This document shows positions 8,075 through 16,422 of a stretch of 32,000 nt of DNA, in pieces. How positions within the stretch are numbered: position 1 is the stretch's first letter; the number at the start of each line of letters is the position of its first letter. The notes under the pieces were generated by a model that saw only the letters and a program-made list of their open reading frames with translations, had not been told where the DNA came from and made no database searches. Both the position numbers and the translations under genes were made by a program. The DNA lies in the NCBI GenBank assembly GCA_041677685.1, contig JBAYPN010000005.1:1-32000 (forward strand), read 5' to 3'. Origin of the DNA: an archaeon. Lineage in GTDB: Archaea > Iainarchaeota > Iainarchaeia > Iainarchaeales > CSSED10-239.

Positions 8075-8269
8075 ATGATTATTCCTATTCGTTGTTTTTC
8101 TTGTGGACAACTTGTTGCTGACAAATATGATCAGTATTTAAAATTAATCAATGAAGATAAAAAAACACCAAATGAAGCTTTAGATAGCTTAGGTGTTAAA
8201 AAATATTGCTGTAGAAGAATGCTTTTATCTCATGTTGAATCTATTGATGAGATAATGAGATATAATTAA
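8075..8269 (+). CDS. rpoN: DNA-directed RNA polymerase subunit N (Rpo10)
   Basis: 64 aa. MIIPIRCFSCGQLVADKYDQY...YCCRRMLLSHV is the canonical Rpo10 zinc motif. Confidence 0.9.
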   Translation: MIIPIRCFSCGQLVADKYDQYLKLINEDKKTPNEALDSLGVKKYCCRRMLLSHVESIDEIMRYN

Positions 8270-8274
8270 ACTAA

Positions 8275-9000
8275 ATGAGTGTGAAAAAAATGAGTGGTTT
8301 AGAAAAACAAAATAATAGTCCAAATACACAACAAAAGACTTTGGTTAATGTTGATTTATATTTAAAAAATGGAATCCATATTGGTACAAAATATAAAAAT
8401 GGATTTATGAAAAAATTTATATTTAAATCTAGAAGTGATAAACTAAATGTTATGGATGTCCAAATTATAGATAAAAGAATAAAAATTGGTATTGATTTTT
8501 TAAGCAGGTATAAGCCTGAAGAAGTAATGTTTATCTCTAGAAAGAAATATGCTTTTCCTGGACTTTCCTTACTTGAAAAAAATTATAATTATAAAGTTAA
8601 GGTTGGAAGATTTATTCCTGGCACCTTTACAAACCCAGAATCTGAACACTTTACTGAATGTAAGTTGGTTTTTGTAATTGATCCAAACATTGATAGACAA
8701 GTAATTTTAGAAGCAACTAAAATCAGAATCCCAATTATGGCACTTGCAACAACTTCTAGTAACACTAGAAATGTTGATTTTATTTTCCCTTTTAATAACA
8801 AAGGTAGAAAATCAGTTGCATTATTCTTTTGGTTACTTAATAGAGAACTTGAACTAAAACATGGATTGATCAAAACTCCTGAAGAATATACTTACAAAGT
8901 AGAAGATTTTGTTTACACATTAGCTGATGGTAAGGATGATGGGGAAAAGAAGCAACAAAAACCAAGATTTGTTAAGAAATTTACAAAAAGTAGATTTTAA
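8275..9000 (+). CDS. rps2: 30S ribosomal protein uS2
   Basis: 241 aa with LLKNGIHIGTK, FTNP and VIDPNIDRQVILEATKIRIPIMAL, plus a K-rich tail. Confidence 0.85.
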   Translation: MSVKKMSGLEKQNNSPNTQQKTLVNVDLYLKNGIHIGTKYKNGFMKKFIFKSRSDKLNVMDVQIIDKRIKIGIDFLSRYKPEEVMFISRKKYAFPGLSLLEKNYNYKVKVGRFIPGTFTNPESEHFTECKLVFVIDPNIDRQVILEATKIRIPIMALATTSSNTRNVDFIFPFNNKGRKSVALFFWLLNRELELKHGLIKTPEEYTYKVEDFVYTLADGKDDGEKKQQKPRFVKKFTKSRF

Positions 9001-9075
9001 AAACCTTTTGGTAAAATACTTAATATGTAATCCATTAATTAAGCAAAGTTAATTAGTGTTGAGGCGTAATTAAAA

Positions 9076-9801
9076 ATGAAAGAGAACATGTTAATCCTTA
9101 TTTTAAAAGATCTAAATCTCACAGAATATGAGTCAAGGGCACTTGTAACTCTATTTAAGTTTTCAGAACTAGATGCTCCAAGCATTAGTAGAAATTCAGA
9201 AATTCCAAAAACAAGAATCTATGATGTTTTAAATAAACTTAAAGAAAAGGGTTTTGTTTTAGAGGTTTATAAAAGTCCAAAAACTTTTAAGGTCTTAAAT
9301 CCTAATGAGATTTTTAAAAATTTATTATCTGTTAAGCAAAAAGATTTCACTAACCTTTCAAACAAGGTAGATGATATCTTGTCAACCACAAACTGGAATG
9401 CTGAGTTGAACAATTCTCAAGAAAAGATTTTACAAGTCAACAACTTAAAGGACTATAATAGATTTTTGGCACAAGAATTTCAATCTGCTCAAAAAGAGAT
9501 CTTTGCTTTTACTCATTTAGATGAAAGAATTGATTCTTTAAAAGGTATAACTAGTAATAAAAATTTAAATGTGAAAATTTTAACAAAGCCAATGAGTATG
9601 GTTCATAAGTTACCTAAAAACTTTTCTGTTCAAGAAAATAATCATTCTATGGATGCATTTATAATTGACAAGAAAAAAATAATTATGGCTCTAAATAATT
9701 TAGAGACTCCAAAAAAGACCTATCATTTAACAGTTCTTGAAAATAATACTTCTCTTGTAAATGCTTTATTAAATCACTTTGATGAATATTGGAAGAAATG
9801 A
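9076..9801 (+). CDS. TrmB-family winged-helix transcriptional regulator
   Basis: The N-terminal LNLTEYESRALVTLFKFSELDAPSISRNSEIPKTRIYDVLNKLKEKGFV matches the TrmB HTH pattern. A C-terminal effector-like domain follows. Confidence 0.7.
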   Translation: MKENMLILILKDLNLTEYESRALVTLFKFSELDAPSISRNSEIPKTRIYDVLNKLKEKGFVLEVYKSPKTFKVLNPNEIFKNLLSVKQKDFTNLSNKVDDILSTTNWNAELNNSQEKILQVNNLKDYNRFLAQEFQSAQKEIFAFTHLDERIDSLKGITSNKNLNVKILTKPMSMVHKLPKNFSVQENNHSMDAFIIDKKKIIMALNNLETPKKTYHLTVLENNTSLVNALLNHFDEYWKK

Positions 9802-10056
9802 TTTTCTTTTTCTCTTTTAACATAATTTTTAAATTTGATTTTTTTCTTTTTATAATTTCTTTTAATTTCTAATTTACAAATAAATAAATGTTAAGTTAAA
9901 TCTTTTTAGAAAAGTAGTTTCTTTTCAAAATCTACATATCTTTAATAACCAAAAGGGGTGTTTACCAATACAAATCTATTTATAAAGTTTTTTATGCCTA
10001 TATTAATTATATATAATATATTCTTTTTTTAAATATAAAAATAAAAGAGCCAATGA

Positions 10057-10089
10057 CATATAAGGAGGTAATTTAAATGTCAGAATATG
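10057..10089 (+). promoter_or_regulatory. Candidate K-turn hairpin enclosing the SD and start codon of the L7Ae gene (putative autoregulatory L7Ae binding site)
   Basis: The RNA reads CAUAU-AAG-GA-GGUAAUUUAAAUGUCA-GA-AUAUG. The C-helix is 10057-10061 paired with 10085-10089 (5 Watson-Crick bp). The bulge is 3 nt (10062-10064). The tandem GA/GA is 10065-10066 opposite 10083-10084. The NC arm contains GGAGGU and AUG 10077-10079. Confidence 0.45.
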
Positions 10090-10595
10090 TTAAGTTTAAA
10101 ATCTCTGAAGAATTAAAAAATTTACAAGATGAGGTTTTTAAGAAAATATCAAAATCAGGAAAAATAAAAATCGGAATTAATGAAGTTACAAAAGCAATTG
10201 AAAGAGGCACTGCTAAATTAGTTGCTATTGCTGAAGATGTTACTCCTGCAGAAATTGTAATGCATTTACCTGTTATTGCAAAAGAGAAAAAAATTCCATT
10301 TACTTATTTTAAAACAAAAGCAGATTTAGGTAAAGCTGTTGGTATCTCTGCAAAAGCAAGTTCTATTGCTATTATAGATGCTGGAGTTTCTCAAAAAGAA
10401 TTAAGTTCTTTGATTAATAAAATTTCTGATATGATTGGTGGTAAAGAAGCTCCAAAAGCTGATGCTAAAAAGGAAACACCTAAAGCTGAAGTGAAAGCTG
10501 AAGTTAAAAAGGAAGAACCAAAGACAGAAGTTAAAGCTGAAGTTAAAAAGGAAGAACCAAAGACAGAAGTGAAAAAAGAAGAAATTAAGAAATGA
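10077..10595 (+). CDS. rpl7ae: Ribosomal protein eL8/L7Ae (K-turn binding protein) with a ~50-aa repetitive K/E/P/A C-terminal tail
   Basis: The core GINEVTKAIERGTAKLVAIAEDVTPAEIVMHLPVIAKEKKIPFTYFKTKADLGKAVG is typical L7Ae. A strong SD (AAGGAGGT) lies upstream. Confidence 0.9.
   Translation: MSEYVKFKISEELKNLQDEVFKKISKSGKIKIGINEVTKAIERGTAKLVAIAEDVTPAEIVMHLPVIAKEKKIPFTYFKTKADLGKAVGISAKASSIAIIDAGVSQKELSSLINKISDMIGGKEAPKADAKKETPKAEVKAEVKKEEPKTEVKAEVKKEEPKTEVKKEEIKK
10488..10565 (+). repeat. Two tandem 39-bp in-frame repeats inside the L7Ae tail, encoding (EVKAEVKKEEPKT)x2
   Basis: 10488-10526 and 10527-10565 differ at a single base (GTG vs GTT). Degenerate related units flank them. Confidence 0.85.
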
Positions 10596-10605
10596 GGTGT
10601 AAGTT

Positions 10606-10815
10606 ATGTCTGATGAAGGAATACCTGCAGAAATTGTAGAAATTGTTGGAAGAACAGGCTCCAGAGGAGAAGCAACCCAAGTTCTTTGTAAGGTTCTTGA
10701 TGGCTATGAAAAAGGTAGAATTAAGAAAAGAAATGTAAAAGGTAATGTCAAAAAAGGCGATGTCTTAATTTTACTAAATCCAGAAACAGAAGCAAAAGAC
10801 ATAAGGGTTCATTAA
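10606..10815 (+). CDS. rps28e: 30S ribosomal protein eS28
   Basis: 69 aa; AEIVEIVGRTGSRGEATQVLCKVLDG is the S28e signature. Confidence 0.9.
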   Translation: MSDEGIPAEIVEIVGRTGSRGEATQVLCKVLDGYEKGRIKKRNVKGNVKKGDVLILLNPETEAKDIRVH

Positions 10816-10826
10816 GGTGATTATAA

Positions 10827-11030
10827 ATGAAATGTACTTTTTGTGGAGTAGAGATTAAAGAAGCAACAGGAATTATTTATGCAAAAAAAGATGGAACTAC
10901 ATATAACTTTTGTTCAGGTAAATGTAAAAAAAGTCTTTTAGATAAAAAATTCAAACCACATAAAACAAGATGGACAGAAATGTTCCATGTAGAGAAAAAA
11001 AGACATTTAAAAAATTTAGAAAAAAAATAA
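10827..11030 (+). CDS. rpl24e: 50S ribosomal protein eL24
   Basis: 67 aa; MKCTFCGVEIKEATGIIYAKKDGTTYNFCSGKCKK is the L24e zinc-ribbon pattern. Confidence 0.9.
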   Translation: MKCTFCGVEIKEATGIIYAKKDGTTYNFCSGKCKKSLLDKKFKPHKTRWTEMFHVEKKRHLKNLEKK

Positions 11031-11051
11031 TTTTTTTCTTTTTTTCTTTTT
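11031..11051 (+). terminator. Oligo-T tract, candidate archaeal intrinsic terminator after eL24
   Basis: TTTTTTTCTTTTTTTCTTTTT follows the TAA stop directly. Archaeal RNAP is known to terminate at oligo-T. Confidence 0.35.
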
Positions 11052-11085
11052 ATAAAATTTAAACTTTTTTTAAATTGGTGATTAT

Positions 11086-12828
11086 TTGTATAGACAACCA
11101 ATAATAACAATTATGGGGCATATCGATTCTGGAAAAACAACTTTTTTAGATAAGATAAAAGGAACTGCAATTACAAAACTTGAAGCAGGAAAAATTACTC
11201 AACATATTGGTGCCACAGAAATTACCTTAGATGTTATTAATAAAATTTGCAGTCATCTTTCTAAAAAATATAAATTTGAAATTACAATTCCTGGGTTGTT
11301 GTTTATTGACACACCAGGACATAATGCTTTTGATAACCTAAGAGAAAGAGGGGGATCATTAGCTGACTTGGTTGTCCTAGTTGTTGACATTAACAAAGGC
11401 TTACAAGTTCAAGATGTAGAAACTTTAAAAATCTTAAAGATGTATAAAGTTCCTTTCATAATTGTTGCAAACAAAGTAGACCTAATTTCAGGATGGTTCC
11501 AACAAGGTAAAGACATCTCAACTTCCTTAAACTCACAATCAAAAAATGTTTCTGACAAGCTAGACGAATTGCTATACAGAATTGTTGGACAGTTGTATGA
11601 TCACGGTTTTCAAGCAGAGAGATTTGATAGAGTTGATGACTTTAAAAAACAAATCTCAATAATTCCAATTTCTGCAGAAAAAAATTATGGATTAACTGAG
11701 GCCATCTTATTTCTAGCTACACTTTCTCAAAAATTTTTAGGCAACAGAATTACAATTGATGAAAATAGAAAGGCACAAGGAACAATCTTAGAGTTAGGCG
11801 AAATTAAAGGAATTGGTAGTACTGCAGACGTAATTGTTTATCAAGGTATTTTAAGAGTAAAAGATAATATTGCTTTTCTTTCAAGAAACGGAGTTGTCAA
11901 AACTAAAGTCAAAGCCCTACTAAAAATAAACATGTTATCTGCAATCAACAAAAAAACCAACTATGAGCATGTAGATTTTGTATCTGCTGCAAGTGGGGTC
12001 AAAATTGTTGCCCCTGACCTAGATAAATGTGTGCCTGGTTCTGTTGTTATTTCTGTTGATGATGAGTTGGCTATGAGAAATTTAGAAGAAAAGCCTTTAT
12101 CTTGTATGGTTGATGATGAGATTGATGGTGCTTTTGTAAAAACAGATACCCTTGGTTCTTTAGAAGCTTTAACAAAGTTATTATTAAAAAATAACATCTG
12201 TATTGCAAGAGCAGACATTGGTAATTTGACAAGTAAAGATATACTTGAATTAAAACTGTTACAGAAAAGAGATAAGAAAAAGGGGGTCTTATTTTTATTT
12301 AATATACCTCTACCAAAAGATTTTGAAATTGAGTTAGAAAAAGATAAAATCCCTATATTTAAAAACAATATCATATATAAATTAATAGAAGATTACCAAG
12401 ATTGGTTACTTAAAGAAAATAAAACAGAAAAGGATAAACTTCTAAAAGAAATAATCTATCCTTGTAAATTTAAAATTTTAAAAAATCATGTGTTTAGGAC
12501 AAGTAAACCTGCAATTGTTGGGATTAGGGTGCTTGTGGGAAAGTTAGTTTCTGGGACTAGGATTTTAAAGAATGGAATTGAGATTGGAGTTGTAGAATCA
12601 ATTCAGGTTGATGGGAAAAAAATAGAGGTTTTAGAGACAGAAAAGGAAGCTGCAATATCAATAAAGCATGCTGTTTTTTTAAAGGACTTTCTTGAAGAAG
12701 ATATATTAAAAGTTGACATCCCTAAATCAGCTTTTGAGAAATTAGAGCAAATTAAAGACGAACTTACTGATGAAGAAATAAAGTTGATAATTGAAGCAAA
12801 AGTGAAAATGGCTAAAGATTTAAAATAA
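11086..12828 (+). CDS. infB: Translation initiation factor aIF5B (IF2 homologue)
   Basis: 580 aa with the GTPase motifs GHIDSGKTT, DTPGH and NKVD, and beta-barrel domains. A TTG start at 11086 is needed to keep the strand RQPIITIMGH before the P-loop. The SD GGTGA at 11077-11081 lies 4 nt upstream. Confidence 0.9.
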   Translation: MYRQPIITIMGHIDSGKTTFLDKIKGTAITKLEAGKITQHIGATEITLDVINKICSHLSKKYKFEITIPGLLFIDTPGHNAFDNLRERGGSLADLVVLVVDINKGLQVQDVETLKILKMYKVPFIIVANKVDLISGWFQQGKDISTSLNSQSKNVSDKLDELLYRIVGQLYDHGFQAERFDRVDDFKKQISIIPISAEKNYGLTEAILFLATLSQKFLGNRITIDENRKAQGTILELGEIKGIGSTADVIVYQGILRVKDNIAFLSRNGVVKTKVKALLKINMLSAINKKTNYEHVDFVSAASGVKIVAPDLDKCVPGSVVISVDDELAMRNLEEKPLSCMVDDEIDGAFVKTDTLGSLEALTKLLLKNNICIARADIGNLTSKDILELKLLQKRDKKKGVLFLFNIPLPKDFEIELEKDKIPIFKNNIIYKLIEDYQDWLLKENKTEKDKLLKEIIYPCKFKILKNHVFRTSKPAIVGIRVLVGKLVSGTRILKNGIEIGVVESIQVDGKKIEVLETEKEAAISIKHAVFLKDFLEEDILKVDIPKSAFEKLEQIKDELTDEEIKLIIEAKVKMAKDLK

Positions 12829-12945
12829 TCTGTGAAAAATAATACTTACAAACAAAATGTTTTTTAAATTGAAATAAATTAAAATAAGATAAATTAAATT
12901 AAAATTTTACAAATAAAAAATAAATTAGATACTTACAAATAAAAA

Positions 12946-12970
12946 ATAAAATAAAATAAAATAAAATAAA
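12946..12970. repeat. (ATAAA)5 microsatellite in the aIF5B/eS6 intergenic region
   Basis: Five perfect ATAAA units. Nearby are direct repeats TACAAATAAAAAATAAA at 12908-12924 and 12934-12950, and ATACTTACAAA at 12842-12852 and 12929-12939. Confidence 0.8.
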
Positions 12971-13026
12971 ATAATTTGAATAAAAAATAAAGAAAAATAT
13001 TAGACAATTAAAGAGGTGTAAAATCT

Positions 13027-13425
13027 ATGAAATTAAATATATCAGATCCAAAATCAGCAAAGACTTATTCAGTTGATGCTGATGAAAAAACAAGTTTAAA
13101 TTTATTAGGTAAAAAAATGAAAGATGAAGTTGAACTTTCCTTTATTACCCCTGGACTTAAGGCAGTTATTACTGGTGGTTCAGATAAAGACGGTTTTCCA
13201 ATGCATCCAACAGTTGATTCAGAATTTAGAAAAAAATTACTTCTAAAAGGTGGTGTTGGGTTTAAACCAAAGAAGAAAGGAGAAAGAAAAAGAAAAAAAG
13301 TAGCTGGAAGAATCATTTCTCAAAATATTCAACAAGTTAATTTAAAAATAGTATCTGGAGACACAAAGGTATTAGTTGAAAAATACACAAAAGTTAAAGA
13401 AGAAAAAAAAGAAGATGACAAATAA
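13027..13425 (+). CDS. rps6e: 30S ribosomal protein eS6
   Basis: 132 aa; MKLNISDPKSAKTYSVD...ITGGSDKDGFPM...KKKGERKRK is S6e-like. Confidence 0.85.
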   Translation: MKLNISDPKSAKTYSVDADEKTSLNLLGKKMKDEVELSFITPGLKAVITGGSDKDGFPMHPTVDSEFRKKLLLKGGVGFKPKKKGERKRKKVAGRIISQNIQQVNLKIVSGDTKVLVEKYTKVKEEKKEDDK

Positions 13426-13440
13426 AAGGATTTTTAATTT

Positions 13441-14634
13441 ATGGTAAAAAATATACAAGCAGAAATAAATATTGGAGTTGTTGGACATGTTGATCATGGT
13501 AAGACTTCATTAACCTCAAAGTTAACAGGTAAATGGACAGACAAACATTCTGAAGAAATAAAACAAGGTATCTCTATAAAGTTAGGATATGCTGATGCAG
13601 AATTTTATAAAGATCCAAAACTAGATGGTATCTCTGCTTACACCATACATAAGGTTCATCCTTTAACAAACAACAAAACAGAATTTATAAAAAAAGTATC
13701 ATTTGTTGATGCTCCTGGTCACGAAACATTAATGGCAGTTATGCTTTCAGGGGCAACATTATTAAATGGAGCAATCTTAGTTGTTGCTGCAAATGAAGAG
13801 TGCCCACAACCAAGAACCATTGAACATCTTTTAGCTCTTAAGATGCATGGTATAAAAAACTTAGTTGTTGCACAAAACAAAATTGATCTTGTCTCAAAAG
13901 AAGAGGCTTTAAAAAACTATCAAAAACTAAGAAAATTCTTAGACGATGATGGATATAAAGATGCACCAATCATTCCAACCTCTGCAAACTTTGATACAAA
14001 CTTAGATGCATTAATTTATGCTTTATTAAAAACAATACCAACACCAACCTTTGATCTAAAAGCTCCTTTAAAAATGCAAATTGTAAGATCCTTTGATATC
14101 AACAAACCAAGCACAGAAATTTCAAAACTAAAGGGTGGAATCTTAGGTGGTGCAATTTTACAAGGTGTTATAAAAGTGGGGGATAAAGTTTGGGTCTATC
14201 CGGGTTTAGAAAAACCATTTGAGATAGAGGTAAAATCATTAAACTCCGGAGGTTGCGACTATAAGGGCGCCCATCCAGGTGGCTTAATTGCAGTGGGTAC
14301 AGATTTAGATCCCTTTATTTGCAATTCTGATAAGATGGTTGGTCAAATAGTGTGTGATCCAAAAATTGATCTAAAGTTAAGTACAGAAATTGATCTAGAA
14401 TACACAAAGATTGAAAGACTAATTGAACCTAACAAAACTGATATAAAGTCAGGAGAAAAAATAGTTTTAGTTATCGGTTCTTCAGCGTGCCTTGGAATTG
14501 TAAGAAAAGTAAAACAAAATAATTTAGAATTAATTTTAAACAAACCAAATGTTTTTTTTAAAAATGATAAAATTGCAATTAGTAGAAACATAAATAGTCG
14601 TTGGAGACTTGCAGGTTATGGCACGGTTAAATAA
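13441..14634 (+). CDS. eif2g: Translation initiation factor aIF2 gamma subunit
   Basis: 397 aa with GVVGHVDHGKTSL, DAPGH and QNKID, and EF-Tu-like domains II and III. It follows eS6 as in other archaea. Confidence 0.9.
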   Translation: MVKNIQAEINIGVVGHVDHGKTSLTSKLTGKWTDKHSEEIKQGISIKLGYADAEFYKDPKLDGISAYTIHKVHPLTNNKTEFIKKVSFVDAPGHETLMAVMLSGATLLNGAILVVAANEECPQPRTIEHLLALKMHGIKNLVVAQNKIDLVSKEEALKNYQKLRKFLDDDGYKDAPIIPTSANFDTNLDALIYALLKTIPTPTFDLKAPLKMQIVRSFDINKPSTEISKLKGGILGGAILQGVIKVGDKVWVYPGLEKPFEIEVKSLNSGGCDYKGAHPGGLIAVGTDLDPFICNSDKMVGQIVCDPKIDLKLSTEIDLEYTKIERLIEPNKTDIKSGEKIVLVIGSSACLGIVRKVKQNNLELILNKPNVFFKNDKIAISRNINSRWRLAGYGTVK

Positions 14635-15025
14635 AGTCTTGATTGATACAAATGTACTTATTTACATGTATGAAAATAAAAAAGATATTTTTGAAAATGT
14701 AAAATCTTTAATACCAAATGTTGATTTTTATATTTTAGATAAAGTTTATGAAGAACTAGACAAAGTCTATAAAACAAAACCTATAAAAAATGAATTAATT
14801 AAAAGATATTTAAAAAAACTTGAAGTTATTGATAAATTTAAAATTATTAAAGTTGATCAAAAGATAATTGACTTAAGTCCAAAATATTTAAAAGTTGATA
14901 ATCTTTTAGTATATTTTAGTGATAAATATTTAGTTTATACAAATGACCGAAAACTTAAAGAGAAATTAAAATTAAATAATAAAAAAGTATTAACATTAAA
15001 AAGAGATGGTGTTGTCTTAAATTAA
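14618..15025 (+). CDS. PIN-domain protein, Fcf1/Utp24-like putative endoribonuclease
   Basis: VLIDTNVLIY (the first PIN acidic residue), VYEELDK and YTNDRKLKEKL. This is the conserved position between aIF2gamma and rpoE. The start is either ATG 14618 or ATG 14609; both overlap the aIF2gamma 3' end. Confidence 0.65.
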   Translation: MARLNKVLIDTNVLIYMYENKKDIFENVKSLIPNVDFYILDKVYEELDKVYKTKPIKNELIKRYLKKLEVIDKFKIIKVDQKIIDLSPKYLKVDNLLVYFSDKYLVYTNDRKLKEKLKLNNKKVLTLKRDGVVLN

Positions 15026-15077
15026 AAATTAAAATTATTTTTAAAAATTAAAATTATTTAAAAAATTGTAATTATTT
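15022..15077. repeat. Three tandem ~19-bp AT-only units (TTAAAAATTAAAATTATTT) just upstream of the rpoE SD
   Basis: 15022-15040 and 15041-15059 are identical. 15060-15077 is a degenerate third copy. Copy 1 overlaps the PIN gene stop codon. Confidence 0.85.
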
Positions 15078-15092
15078 GAAGGTGAAATAAAA

Positions 15093-15725
15093 ATGGGTTA
15101 TAAAAAATTTAATATTGAAGGAACTGTTGCTGTCTCTCCTCTTAATCTTGCAGGAGATTTAAAGGATATTATCTTTGAGCAATTGAGTGTTGATTATGAT
15201 GGAATTATGGATAAAGATATCGGACTTGTAATTTGTGTGACTGATGTTTTAGATTACAGCATTGGGGAAATTATTCCTGGAGATTCTGATGTGTTTTTTA
15301 AAGCAAAATTTTCAGTAATAACTTATTTACCAAAACTACATGAGGTTGTTTATGGAAAAATTACCCAAGCAACAGACTTTGGTGCATTTATTAATGTTGG
15401 CCCTTTTGAAGGACTATGCCATGTCTCTCAAGTAATGCCTGACTTTAATTCCTTTAATCCTGAACTTCCTGGTTTTGTTGCAAAAGATAGTAAAAAAACT
15501 TTAGTTGTTGGAGACAAAGGTCTTTGTAGAATTGCAAATATTAGTTTTAAAAAGACAATTGCAGAAACAAAGATTGGTTTAACAATGAGACAATATGGTT
15601 TAGGGAAAGTTGAATGGCAAGCAATGGACTTTAAACAAGATACTGATAAGAAAAAAACAGTGTCAAAAACTACAAAGAAAGAAACAAAAAAATCTGCAGG
15701 TTCTAAAAAAGGTGGTAAAAAATGA
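15093..15725 (+). CDS. rpoE: DNA-directed RNA polymerase subunit E (Rpo7) with S1 domain and a K-rich tail
   Basis: 210 aa with the S1-fold segment EVVYGKITQATDFGAFINVGPFEGLCHVSQV. The tail reads KKKTVSKTTKKETKKSAGSKKGGKK. Confidence 0.85.
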   Translation: MGYKKFNIEGTVAVSPLNLAGDLKDIIFEQLSVDYDGIMDKDIGLVICVTDVLDYSIGEIIPGDSDVFFKAKFSVITYLPKLHEVVYGKITQATDFGAFINVGPFEGLCHVSQVMPDFNSFNPELPGFVAKDSKKTLVVGDKGLCRIANISFKKTIAETKIGLTMRQYGLGKVEWQAMDFKQDTDKKKTVSKTTKKETKKSAGSKKGGKK

Positions 15726-15946
15726 ATAAAAAAGTTTGTAGAAAATGTAGAAAAATAATTGTAGAAACAGAAATAAATGCTAAAGGTAAGGAAGAAAGTT
15801 TAAAGGTTTGTCCTGTTTGTGGATCAACTGTGTTTACTACCTTTTGGAAAGGGACAGCTTTAGTTATTGATCCTGACAAGTCAGAGATTGGTAAAGCTAT
15901 GGATGTTTCAGTTCCTGGGAAATATGCTTTGAGGTTAAGTAGATAA
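15722..15946 (+). CDS. spt4: Transcription elongation factor Spt4 (RpoE2)
   Basis: 74 aa with the zinc ribbon CRKCRK...CPVCGS. It overlaps the rpoE stop (ATGA), the usual rpoE-spt4 pairing. Confidence 0.8.
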   Translation: MNKKVCRKCRKIIVETEINAKGKEESLKVCPVCGSTVFTTFWKGTALVIDPDKSEIGKAMDVSVPGKYALRLSR

Positions 15947-16053
15947 ATTTTAAACAAAGAAATTAATAGTTATTTTATAAATTAAATTTTTAGAAAGTAA
16001 AATTATTTATGTTTTATTTTTTTTAAAAATTAAATAAATTTAGGTGAAATTTT

Positions 16054-16404
16054 ATGGATATTGAAATAGAAAAATCAAGAAATGAATTGCTTTGTAGAAC
16101 AAATGTTTTTGCAAAAATAAAATCAGCAAAAACAGTTTCTAGAAAAGATCTTGTTTCTAAGGTTTCTGCGATGTTAGGTGTAGACATGAGTTTAGTAGTG
16201 GTTGATAAAATTGCTCAAAATTTTGGAGAAAAAAATGCCAGTGCTTATCTAAAGGTCTATGATGATGCAAAGAAACTTAAAGAAATAGAATTGAAATATA
16301 AAATTAAAAGAACTGGTGAAATTGAAGAAGTGATTGATTCTAAAAAGGAAAAAGTAATTGAGTCTAAAAAAGAAGAAGTTATAAAACCAGAAAATAAAGA
16401 ATAA
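16054..16404 (+). CDS. rps24e: 30S ribosomal protein eS24
   Basis: 116 aa; NELLCRTNVFAKI...TVSRKDLVSKVSAMLGVDMSLVVVDKIAQNFG is the S24e pattern. The tail is repetitive (VIDSKKEKVIESKKEEVIK). Confidence 0.85.
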   Translation: MDIEIEKSRNELLCRTNVFAKIKSAKTVSRKDLVSKVSAMLGVDMSLVVVDKIAQNFGEKNASAYLKVYDDAKKLKEIELKYKIKRTGEIEEVIDSKKEKVIESKKEEVIKPENKE

Positions 16405-16422
16405 ATAAAATTGAAATTGTGA

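Noticed and set aside
10049-10069. Alternative, smaller K-turn or K-loop reading of the L7Ae leader: GCC-AAU-GA-C-AUAUAA-G-GA-GGU.
   Set aside because: The C-helix would be only 3 bp including a G-U pair. The 10057-10089 model has a 5-bp Watson-Crick C-helix and encloses both the SD and the AUG, so I prefer it. The two models are mutually exclusive.
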